This document shows, piece by piece, positions 1 to 6,215 of a stretch of DNA of 56,797 bases; position 1 is the stretch's first letter, and each line of letters begins with the position of its first letter. Source of the stretch: a virus. Its lineage: Duplodnaviria; Caudoviricetes. The notes beneath the pieces are model-generated. The model was not told where the DNA came from. It did no database searches and saw nothing but the letters and a program-made list of their open reading frames with translations. The translations under genes were made by a program, and so were the position numbers. The stretch is from the IMG/VR virus record IMGVR_UViG_3300045586_000026, positions 1 through 56,797 of that record; one strand, 5' to 3'.

Positions 1-249
1 TGTAAGCGATATGCAAATGATCGAAACAGTTCGTAAAACAATTCGGATTGTAAACAAACAAGCCCGGCTAGTGTCCAAATGGTCACAGGAACCCGCAAAG
101 TTGTTTAGAGTTTGTTTGAAAGCTCGCGTACCTAGCACTAATCCTGCTTACGCGAAATACAAGAACCAGTACATCAAATCGTTTCATATGATTGATGCAC
201 AAACAATCGACGTATACGTACAACGTCGTTAATGTTAGTAAAATAACAG

Positions 250-278
250 TGTACATTAAATCGTTAGTGTGGTATAAT
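250..278 (+). promoter_or_regulatory. Early/sigma70-type promoter heading the tRNA/ncRNA operon
   Basis: TGTACA-N17-TATAAT with TG extended -10; the same motif recurs roughly 25-30 times in the window. Confidence 0.8.
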
Positions 279-291
279 TAGTCCATACACT

Positions 292-331
292 GAAGATCAT
301 CGAATCTTCTTTAAGTTTCTTTAACAATTTA
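292..331 (+). promoter_or_regulatory. boxB-like hairpin plus rrn-type boxA antitermination signal
   Basis: GAAGAT-catcga-ATCTTC hairpin then GTTTCTTTAACAATTTA, close to rrn boxA TGCTCTTTAACAATTTA. Confidence 0.6.
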
Positions 332-418
332 GGTTTCTTGTATCTTTCTAAGTCATCGGTCGAATACGGTGCATAAGATATTCAAAAGTCGACACATCGT
401 GATGATGCTCGCAATTAT

Positions 419-493
419 ACTGCTATCGTCTATCGGTTAGGACACCAGGTTTTCATCCTGGTAAGCGGGGTTCGACTCCCCGTAGCAGTACCA
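419..493 (+). tRNA. tRNA-Glu(TTC)
   Basis: Acceptor ACTGCTA/TAGCAGT, anticodon arm CCAGG-TTTTCAT-CCTGG, GTTCGA T-loop, CCA. Confidence 0.95.
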
Positions 494-588
494 TATTAAA
501 GCACACTACTTGCCCGACTGCAAATGTCGTGGTAAACTACTAAAGAAACAGGTTCGAATCCTGGGGACTGGTAGTGTTCTTCAATATG
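491..588 (+). ncRNA. Family B structured element 1 (contains a T-arm-like hairpin)
   Basis: Terminal stem CATATTAAAGCACACTAC/GTAGTGTTCTTCAATATG enclosing CAGG-TTCGAAT-CCTG. Confidence 0.55.
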
Positions 589-597
589 TTAAATTTA

Positions 598-672
598 GGT
601 GCGTTCATATAATGGTCATTATCGCGGATTGTCTATCCGTAGACGGGAGTTCGATTCTCCCACGCATCGCCA
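598..672 (+). tRNA. tRNA-Asp(GTC)
   Basis: Cloverleaf, anticodon loop TTGTCTA, CCA. Confidence 0.95.
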
Positions 673-679
673 AGTTTTT

Positions 680-754
680 GGGGGATTCATATACTGGGTA
701 TTATGCCTGCCTTGCACGTAGGTCAAAAGAGTTCGATTCTCTTATCCTCCACCA
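680..754 (+). tRNA. tRNA-Ala(TGC)
   Basis: Cloverleaf, loop CTTGCAC, G3:U70 pair, CCA. Confidence 0.95.
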
Positions 755-761
755 GTTTTTC

Positions 762-835
762 GCGGGGTTCGTATAGTGGTAATACCTTAGCCTTCCAAGC
801 TAAAGCGAGGAGTTCGATTCTCCTACCCCGCTCCA
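762..835 (+). tRNA. tRNA-Gly(TCC)
   Basis: Cloverleaf, loop CTTCCAA, U discriminator, CCA. Confidence 0.95.
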
Positions 836-841
836 AGTTAT

Positions 842-920
842 CTGTGTGTAATGTCAGTCTGGTCAGACGGCCTGGTTTGGAACTAGGAGGCCGCAGGTTC
901 GAATCCTGCCACACAGACCA
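842..920 (+). tRNA. tRNA-Pro(TGG)
   Basis: Cloverleaf, loop TTTGGAA, CCA. Confidence 0.93.
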
Positions 921-977
921 AGAAACTCTCCCTTGCATGCGGAGTATAATGAGATAAGTAGTATGCAAACAAATTTA

Positions 978-1054
978 GCCCTTGTGACGGAATTGGTATA
1001 CGTACTGGTCTTAGAAACCAGGTTCTGGGAGTTCAAGTCTCCCCGAGGGCACCA
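978..1054 (+). tRNA. tRNA-Leu(TAG), short variable arm
   Basis: Loop CTTAGAA, acceptor GCCCTTG/CGAGGGC, CCA. Confidence 0.9.
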
Positions 1055-1060
1055 AACAAA

Positions 1061-1152
1061 GGAAAGTAATGCAGCGGGGTTGGTCCTGCGACCAGCCTTG
1101 AAAACTGGGTTCTCAGAAATGGGATGGGGTTCGACTCCTCTGCTTTCCGCCA
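1061..1152 (+). tRNA. tRNA-Ser(TGA)
   Basis: Loop CTTGAAA, long variable arm, G discriminator, CCA. Confidence 0.9.
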
Positions 1153-1157
1153 GATAT

Positions 1158-1233
1158 ATCGACGTAGCTCATCAGGTAGAGCACCGGACTGAAAATTCGG
1201 GTGTGGTTGGTTCGAGTCCAACCGTCGGTACCA
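1158..1233 (+). tRNA. tRNA-Phe(GAA)
   Basis: Loop CTGAAAA, cloverleaf, CCA. Confidence 0.93.
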
Positions 1234-1239
1234 ATCAAT

Positions 1240-1314
1240 AGCCTTATAGCTCAGAGGAAGAGCAATCGCTTGATAAGCGATAGGTCGACATTTCAAAATT
1301 GTCTAAGGCTACCA
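1240..1314 (+). tRNA. tRNA-Ile(GAT)
   Basis: Loop TTGATAA, cloverleaf, CCA. Confidence 0.92.
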
Positions 1315-1319
1315 ATTTT

Positions 1320-1379
1320 AGGATCAGTTCAGCAAAAACTTAAAACTTTCTCTTATTCAGAAACTAAAAGTTGATCCTG
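1320..1379 (+). ncRNA. Family A (Y-RNA-like) copy 1
   Basis: AGGATCA-GTTCAGCAA...TTGATCCTG terminal stem; internal TTTCT-CTTATTC-AGAAA hairpin. Confidence 0.75.
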
Positions 1380-1387
1380 TTTTATTT

Positions 1388-1472
1388 GGAGTAGAAGCAT
1401 CAATGGTGATGCAGTGGACTGTAAATCCGCCGCCTTCGGGCACGCCTGGTTCGATCCCAGGATACTCCACCA
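1388..1472 (+). tRNA. tRNA-Tyr(GTA)
   Basis: Loop CTGTAAA, variable arm, CCA. Confidence 0.92.
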
Positions 1473-1479
1473 ATTTTAT

Positions 1480-1555
1480 TCCCTAGTAGCTCAGAGGTAG
1501 TAGCAAACGACTGTTAATCGTTAGGTCACACGTTCGATCCGTGTCTGGGGAGCCA
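1480..1555 (+). tRNA. tRNA-Asn(GTT)
   Basis: Loop CTGTTAA, cloverleaf, GCCA. Confidence 0.93.
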
Positions 1556-1561
1556 ATTTAA

Positions 1562-1657
1562 CCACTGTAGACTTGGTTGTCCGAGTTTGCGCAGCTCGAG
1601 GAGACGGTTCGATTCCGTTCATGGACTTAGCGGGTTCGATTCCCGCACAGTGGGCCA
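1562..1657 (+). ncRNA. Atypical tRNA-like RNA with two T-arms (GCG anticodon)
   Basis: Acceptor CCACTGT/ACAGTGG plus GCCA; CGAGT-TTGCGCA-GCTCG; two GGTTCGATTCC arms. Confidence 0.7.
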
Positions 1658-1661
1658 GTTT

Positions 1662-1827
1662 TGTAAGTGTAGATGTTGAGAAAGCATGGCGTCGAAAACC
1701 ATGCGAATGAGTCCCACCGCAACGTGGCTAAACTAGTAAGCTCTGTTATCAACTGTTACTGCGTACCTCTAACCCTAACGTACACTGGGCGAAATGGTTC
1801 CGAATGAGTGAGGCGGAACTACTTACA
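1662..1827 (+). ncRNA. Unknown structured RNA
   Basis: Terminal stem TGTAAGT(G)TAG/CTACTTACA with several internal hairpins, between tRNA genes. Confidence 0.6.
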
Positions 1828-1837
1828 GATTCAATAT

Positions 1838-1912
1838 GGGGAAGAAACTTTGACGGTGAAGTCCTGCCTCTTAAGCAGAGAGAACCGAGTTCGAATCTCG
1901 GCATCCCCACCA
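1838..1912 (+). tRNA. tRNA-Lys(CTT)
   Basis: Loop CTCTTAA, T-arm CCGAG-TTCGAAT-CTCGG, CCA. Confidence 0.85.
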
Positions 1913-1914
1913 AG

Positions 1915-2056
1915 AATTAGTCGGATTAATTACCCGAGATAGTAGATAGTAGACGGTGTTGGCACCACCATCGTCTTTGCAGTGATACTGCGTCAGGGAG
2001 CCCGAAAGGGTAACTTGAGAAACACTGGGGTAAGAGTCCCAAGTTTGTGTCAGCAA
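1915..2056 (+). ncRNA. Unknown structured RNA
   Basis: GC-rich hairpins AGACGGTG/CATCGTCT, GCAGT-gat-ACTGC, CCC-GAAA-GGG inside the tRNA operon. Confidence 0.5.
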
Positions 2057-2061
2057 TTTTT

Positions 2062-2118
2062 AGGATACATTCAGCAAAATTAAAAATTTCACTGTAAATG
2101 AAAAACAAACGTATCCTG
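2062..2118 (+). ncRNA. Family A copy 2 (Tyr-like anticodon stem-loop)
   Basis: AGGATAC-ATTCAGCAA...GTATCCTG; TTTCA-CTGTAAA-TGAAA. Confidence 0.75.
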
Positions 2119-2126
2119 TTGAACAT

Positions 2127-2202
2127 GCGCCGTTAGTTATAATGGAGAATATACGAGGCTACGAACTTCGGGATGGTGGTTCGATTCCATCACGGCGCAC
2201 CA
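2127..2202 (+). tRNA. tRNA-Arg(ACG)
   Basis: Loop CTACGAA, cloverleaf, CCA. Confidence 0.93.
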
Positions 2203-2263
2203 AATAGATTGTACATTATAACTTTTGTATGATATAATTACTTTATAACACATAGGATATATT

Positions 2264-2425
2264 ATGCTTAAACCTTCGAAAACATTTAGAATCTGGAAAG
2301 AAACGAAACGTGCTATGGCAACTATCGTCGATCCAGTTCAGCGTAACATTTATAAGAATGCAATGATTCAGGCTCAGTTAACCTCTGAGTTGCCTCCAGT
2401 TCGCGATAAGAGCGACAAGAAGTAA
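2264..2425 (+). CDS. Small basic hypothetical protein (53 aa, not in ORF track)
   Basis: Own TGTACA/TATAAT promoter (~2210-2238), AGGA RBS, ORF MLKPSKTFRIWKETKR...DKSDKK. Confidence 0.7.
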   Translation: MLKPSKTFRIWKETKRAMATIVDPVQRNIYKNAMIQAQLTSELPPVRDKSDKK

Positions 2426-2432
2426 AGATTTT

Positions 2433-2488
2433 AGGATGCGTCCAGCAAGCAAAAAAATTCAACTTGTAATTGAAAAATAAGCATCCTG
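2433..2488 (+). ncRNA. Family A copy 3 (Thr-like anticodon stem-loop)
   Basis: AGGATGC-GTCCAGCAA...GCATCCTG; TTCAA-CTTGTAA-TTGAA. Confidence 0.75.
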
Positions 2489-2496
2489 TTGTATAT

Positions 2497-2575
2497 CGCG
2501 GAGTAGGGGAGTCTAGTCGTCCCCGCCAGTCTCATAAGCTGGAGATCGCAGGTGCGAATCCTGCCTCCGCAACCA
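2497..2575 (+). tRNA. tRNA-Met(CAT), initiator-like
   Basis: Loop CTCATAA, C1:A72 mismatch (CGCGGAG/CTCCGCA), CCA. Confidence 0.88.
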
Positions 2576-2579
2576 GTTT

Positions 2580-2645
2580 AGGATAGTTTCTGCACAAAAT
2601 ACAGAACACCAACTTTTACTTGACATGTTCGTCAACACTATCCTG
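2580..2645 (+). ncRNA. Family A copy 4
   Basis: AGGATAG-TTTCTGCAC...CTATCCTG; possible CAA-CTTTTAC-TTG loop. Confidence 0.7.
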
Positions 2646-2653
2646 TTGTATTT

Positions 2654-2729
2654 GCCCTTATAGCTCATTTGGTAGAGCAACCGCCTTGTAAGCGGTAGGT
2701 GGTCAGTTCGAAACCGACTGAGGGCACCA
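2654..2729 (+). tRNA. tRNA-Thr(TGT)
   Basis: Loop CTTGTAA, cloverleaf, CCA. Confidence 0.95.
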
Positions 2730-2797
2730 TATTAAAGCACATTCGATATGCTCACAGCATATAGAGACATATGAAACGTGAGTGTGCTCCAATATGG
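2727..2797 (+). ncRNA. Family B structured element 2
   Basis: CCATATTAAAGCACATTC...GAGTGTGCTCCAATATGG terminal stem. Confidence 0.55.
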
Positions 2798-2845
2798 TCA
2801 GTACTATCGACGGATAGTATCCATAATCGGGAGTCATGACCCGAT

Positions 2846-2923
2846 GAACTCGTAGTCTTCTAATGGTTAGGATGCTCTTACTGGGTGATACAGGTTCGAA
2901 TCCTGTCTACAATGAGTTCGCAA
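2846..2923 (+). ncRNA. Degenerate tRNA-like RNA with stunted anticodon arm
   Basis: GAACTC-GTAG/CTAC-aat-GAGTTC stem, TAATGGTTA D-loop, ACAGG-TTCGAAT-CCTGT T-arm, ends GCAA not CCA. Confidence 0.55.
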
Positions 2924-2937
2924 GTTTAAAAAGGTTT

Positions 2938-3036
2938 AGGATCAGTTCCGCAAACCCAACTCTTTAATTGTAAGCAATTTAGTATGCCTCTTGAGTTATA
3001 CTAGATTTTTTATACTTGAAATGTAAACTGATCCTG
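2938..3036 (+). ncRNA. Family A copy 5 (Ser-like anticodon stem-loop plus extra hairpins)
   Basis: AGGATCA-GTTCCGCAA...CTGATCCTG; TTTATA-CTTGAAA-TGTAAA. Confidence 0.72.
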
Positions 3037-3039
3037 CCT

Positions 3040-3114
3040 GGTTCCATAGCACAGCGGTAGTGCACCTCCTTCATACGGAGATGGTCGTTAGTTCGATTCT
3101 AACTGGAACCACCA
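3040..3114 (+). tRNA. tRNA-CAT (elongator Met or Ile2)
   Basis: Loop TTCATAC, cloverleaf, CCA. Confidence 0.9.
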
Positions 3115-3138
3115 ATAGTTTTAATATATAGTTTTATT

Positions 3139-3215
3139 CGGAATGTAGCGCAGCCTGGTAGCGCACCTCGTTTGGGACGAGGGGGTCCAAGGTTCGAATC
3201 CTTGTATTCCGACCA
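3139..3215 (+). tRNA. tRNA-Pro(TGG), second copy
   Basis: Loop TTTGGGA, host-like CGGAATGTAGCGCAGCCTGGTAGCGC. Confidence 0.95.
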
Positions 3216-3224
3216 TTTTTAATC

Positions 3225-3298
3225 GCTCTTTTAGTATAAAGGCATTACAATACATTGGTAATGTATAGACGCTGGATCGTTACCAGCAAGGAGCACCA
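3225..3298 (+). tRNA. tRNA-Thr(GGT)
   Basis: ATACA-TTGGTAA-TGTAT; non-canonical T-loop ATCGTTA; CCA. Confidence 0.85.
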
Positions 3299-3308
3299 AG
3301 GAGTAACT

Positions 3309-3515
3309 ATGAGTGATGGCGGTAAAGGGTCTAAGCCAAGACCATTTAGTGTAAGTGATATTGAATACGCAGACCGATGGGAAGCGATATTCCACAAAGA
3401 CAAGAAACCTGAATTGAGAGAAGTGGTTGAACATAGTAGTCACAAGATGTTGACTGCGGAAAATCACCTTCAAGCTCTAGCCGATGAGAATCAACGACTA
3501 GGTTTGTACGATTAA
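3309..3515 (+). CDS. Hypothetical protein
   Basis: AGGAG RBS before ATG 3309 (MSDGGKGSKPRP...); the upstream part of the track ORF overlaps a tRNA. Confidence 0.75.
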   Translation: MSDGGKGSKPRPFSVSDIEYADRWEAIFHKDKKPELREVVEHSSHKMLTAENHLQALADENQRLGLYD

Positions 3516-3554
3516 CATGGCTCAGTCCTCTACGTAAGTACGATTGAGTTCTCT

Positions 3555-3640
3555 GCGGGTGTGATGAAATTGGTAGTACATAGGAGACTTAAAATCTCCC
3601 GCCGCAAGGCGTGCCGGTTCGAGTCCGGCCACCCGCACCA
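3555..3640 (+). tRNA. tRNA-Leu(TAA)
   Basis: Loop CTTAAAA, long variable arm, CCA. Confidence 0.95.
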
Positions 3641-3645
3641 AATTT

Positions 3646-3762
3646 AGGATCAGTTCAGCAAACTTATATTTCAACCAGCGTTTTGTGGGTTCGAGTCCCA
3701 CCTTCTAAGTAATTGGAAGTAGTCAAATTGGTAAAGACAGCCGGCAATAAAAGTTGATCCTG
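3646..3762 (+). ncRNA. Family A copy 6: YrlA-like RNA with circularly permuted tRNA domain
   Basis: Family A stem enclosing T-arm (GTGGG-TTCGAGT-CCCAC), loop-closed acceptor stem (CTTCTA/TGGAAG), then D-arm (GTC-AAATTGGTAAA-GAC). Confidence 0.82.
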
Positions 3763-3770
3763 TTAGATAT

Positions 3771-3845
3771 ATCTCGATAGTGTAATTGGCAACACTCTGA
3801 TCTCCAAAATCAGCATTCTAGGTTCGAGTCCTAGTCGGGGTGCCA
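3771..3845 (+). tRNA. tRNA-Trp(CCA)
   Basis: Loop CTCCAAA, cloverleaf, GCCA. Confidence 0.9.
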
Positions 3846-3905
3846 AATAAGTCCTGGACACGCGGACTCTAAAACGAAGTGGATGTAAGTGGAATCCTTA
3901 CACCT

Positions 3906-3979
3906 GCGTGCTTAGTTTAATGGTAAAATGTTACGTTGCCAACGTTACGTCAGGAGTTCGATTCTCCTAGCCCGCACCA
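3906..3979 (+). tRNA. tRNA-Gly(GCC)
   Basis: Loop TTGCCAA, T-arm, CCA; some stem mismatches. Confidence 0.85.
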
Positions 3980-3990
3980 AAATATATTTT

Positions 3991-4019
3991 CAAAAGTCTT
4001 GTCATGAGACTTTTGTTTT
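3991..4019 (+). terminator. Intrinsic terminator of the tRNA operon
   Basis: CAAAAGTCTTG/ATGAGACTTTTG hairpin followed by T-tract. Confidence 0.7.
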
Positions 4020-4020
4020 A

Positions 4021-4028
4021 TATAAATA
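4021..4028 (+). promoter_or_regulatory. T4-type late promoter
   Basis: TATAAATA; also at 14588, 36431, 45255, 48389, 52327 and on the minus strand at 14273. Confidence 0.8.
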
Positions 4029-4211
4029 AATCTATCAAGGGAACTTGATGACGCTTACAGTGGCGAATCACTGTGGCAATGGTATGAACCTACGAATATA
4101 GCTCAAAGCTTGATCACAATCTGGCTTTGAATTGTAATTGTTAGTCTATACCTCTAGTAAAAACTGAGCAAACGCTGTTCCAGCTACGCTCACATTTAGA
4201 GGAAATCAAAA

Positions 4212-4766
4212 ATGGCTGATATGTTAACAACTGATCCGTTCTTCGCGCTTACATCACAAATCGGTGGAGTTCGTGAAAAGGTATCTGACTCTGTCTTTGA
4301 AAACTACAAACTTCAAGTAGCACAAACAAACGACATCAACAACCGCGCAATGCAGGTTGCTCTACACGATGCAAGCGAGCTATCTTCAATCAAGCAAGAA
4401 GTGTCAAACGGAACTCTACAGGCTATGCTTGCAGCTTCACGTACTGATGCTGCTATTGGTGCAACTGCTTCTGCAACGCAACGTACAATCTTCGAACAAG
4501 GCGAACTAACTCGTCGTTTAGTACAAGACTTGAATACCCAAAACCTAAACACCGCACTTATCAATACCAACACCGCACTTTCCGGTCTTGGTGGTCAGTA
4601 CGCTGGTCTTGGTCTTGCCTACGGCGGTGCTGTAGCTGCTTATCAAAGTGCTAATACTGTATCTTCAGTTAACGCATTAAATAGCGCTCTAGCTAGCAAT
4701 GGCATGATCAACACTGGTACCCTAAGCGGCGTGTCACAAGCTGCTACTCCAACTACAATCCGTTAA
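4212..4766 (+). CDS. Hypothetical late protein (Ala/Asn/Gln-rich, coat-like)
   Basis: 184 aa, GAGG RBS, highly expressed-type codon usage. Confidence 0.85.
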   Translation: MADMLTTDPFFALTSQIGGVREKVSDSVFENYKLQVAQTNDINNRAMQVALHDASELSSIKQEVSNGTLQAMLAASRTDAAIGATASATQRTIFEQGELTRRLVQDLNTQNLNTALINTNTALSGLGGQYAGLGLAYGGAVAAYQSANTVSSVNALNSALASNGMINTGTLSGVSQAATPTTIR

Positions 4767-4778
4767 TCGGAACTTGGT

Positions 4779-4949
4779 ATGTTTGGACGTAACTGGGGTT
4801 ACGGAGGCTATTATCCAAGAAGTTATCTAGCAGCTGGCATAGGGTTTCCCTATGGTGCTCTGCTTGGATACCCTTATTTTGGATACGGCTATCCAGGTTA
4901 TGGGTATGGCTACGGAGGCTACCGCACTTCGTACCTACCTTATTACTAA
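4779..4949 (+). CDS. Tyr/Gly/Pro-rich small protein (56 aa, not in ORF track)
   Basis: MFGRNWGYGGYYPRSYLAAGIGFPYGALLGYPYFGYGYPGYGYGYGGYRTSYLPYY. Confidence 0.75.
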   Translation: MFGRNWGYGGYYPRSYLAAGIGFPYGALLGYPYFGYGYPGYGYGYGGYRTSYLPYY

Positions 4950-5009
4950 AATGTAAATTAAACGGGCTGGCTCACGAGGCTGGCCCGTTTTCGTTTCAAG
5001 GAGAATGTT

Positions 5010-5201
5010 ATGATCGGATACCTATATCCATTTTATAGAAGTTATGTGCCTGCACCGTACCCAGTCTGGGGTTATGGTGGATACCCAATTGGAAACTTCG
5101 GCACAAATATCGTTGGTAGTGCAATCGCTAACAACAGTCTAATTAATACTGGCACAGCCGTTGGAGTCATCCAAACTGCCACGCCAACCGTCATCGGATA
5201 A
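5010..5201 (+). CDS. Tyr/Pro/Gly-rich small protein
   Basis: AAGGAG RBS; C-terminal motif shared with ORF 4212. Confidence 0.8.
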   Translation: MIGYLYPFYRSYVPAPYPVWGYGGYPIGNFGTNIVGSAIANNSLINTGTAVGVIQTATPTVIG

Positions 5202-5204
5202 ATC

Positions 5205-5966
5205 ATGTACAAGAAAATCACGCATCACATAGTCGAGGAACACTTCGACCACCCAGCAACACTTCCAAATGGAATGCTGACCGCCATGAATGGAGCACCA
5301 ATGCAAGCTCCGGTTGGATCCACCGCGCCAACTGAGGCGAGCTTTACTGCAACGTCTGGCGATCTACCACAGTACGTCATGACTGAGATGACGATGTTGT
5401 TCAGAATGGATGCGAGAACAGCTTGGTCCAAGTGGGTGTTCAGTCTCATGAACTACGCAGTTAGTTTGAATGGTGATCTACCCGGCACCGATCAAGTAAA
5501 GGGCCGTGTGCACAAGACCGCAATAGCGCTTGGCGAATTCATCATCCCATATTATGGATTGACCGCTGCAAATTCGTTGTCGACTGCGTTAATCGCGATC
5601 AATGACATTGGTATGCACTATGTTGAGGCTATGAAAGCTAAGAAATCACCTGAAGAGTTGGCAAAGATTGCAGCTGGATGGGATCCATATGTTGAAGATC
5701 TAGCGAAAGTTTTAAACGAGTTGAATCCAAACAATTGGCCTCACGCTCTTATCGAAGATATTGTAACCAACTTAGTTAAAGCATGGCAAGATCAATTGAC
5801 TGCTCGCGCTAAAGGTGACATCGTCGCCGACGAGATTGCGATTGATCGTATCAATAAGTTGGTGATTACTGGTTTACCTGACCACGTTAAGCATGGCTAT
5901 AGTAGCTTAGCTGACATCTTTAGTCGTGGCATCCTCGCGCAATTTCCAGCGATGTTTGCTGCGTAA
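5205..5966 (+). CDS. Helical-bundle protein resembling the Firmicutes family often labelled 'acetylglutamate kinase/glycosyltransferase' (LWxxHVxWTR family)
   Basis: Recognisable segments PYYG, LNELNPNNW, ARAKGDIVADE, C-terminal GILAQFP. Confidence 0.6.
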   Translation: MYKKITHHIVEEHFDHPATLPNGMLTAMNGAPMQAPVGSTAPTEASFTATSGDLPQYVMTEMTMLFRMDARTAWSKWVFSLMNYAVSLNGDLPGTDQVKGRVHKTAIALGEFIIPYYGLTAANSLSTALIAINDIGMHYVEAMKAKKSPEELAKIAAGWDPYVEDLAKVLNELNPNNWPHALIEDIVTNLVKAWQDQLTARAKGDIVADEIAIDRINKLVITGLPDHVKHGYSSLADIFSRGILAQFPAMFAA

Positions 5967-5969
5967 TAT

Positions 5970-6215
5970 ATGGCTCTAATTCATATCCCAGACTATCCAA
6001 AGAGTCTCGAGTCGACTGATCTTGAAGCGCACGTCGCGATATGTGCTGAGCGCTACAAGAAACTCGATGAGAACTCCGAGCGTATGGAAAAGAAGATAGA
6101 GCTTATGATTGAAACAAATAGAGAAAATAGGAAGATGTTCGTTGGTGCACTCGTAACGATAGCAACTGGCGTCATCTCTTATTTGCTCAGTAGTCTTATA
6201 CGTATGTATAGTTGA
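5970..6215 (+). CDS. Small coiled-coil plus C-terminal TM protein (holin/XhlA-like)
   Basis: LEAHVAICAERY motif, coiled coil, one hydrophobic helix. Confidence 0.6.
   Translation: MALIHIPDYPKSLESTDLEAHVAICAERYKKLDENSERMEKKIELMIETNRENRKMFVGALVTIATGVISYLLSSLIRMYS

Noticed and set aside
921-970. TTGCAT...TATAAT as an internal promoter
   Set aside because: Spacing is only 6 nt; more likely a small spacer hairpin (TTGCAT/ATGCAA).
510-2126. ORF-track ORFs across the tRNA array (510, 703, 723, 933, 1033, 1871, 1926)
   Set aside because: They overlap clear tRNA/ncRNA genes and lack RBSs; shadow ORFs.
1320-3762. Family A stems as simple intrinsic terminators
   Set aside because: Arms are 40-250 nt apart, share a conserved unpaired motif and enclose structured cargo; most lack a real U-tract and lie mid-operon.
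3850-3905. GGACTCTAAA plus T-arm-like TGTAAG-TGGAATC-CTTACA suggested an amber suppressor/pyrrolysine tRNA
   Set aside because: No convincing anticodon stem, acceptor stem or CCA; no evidence of TAG recoding since long genes are intact in the standard code.
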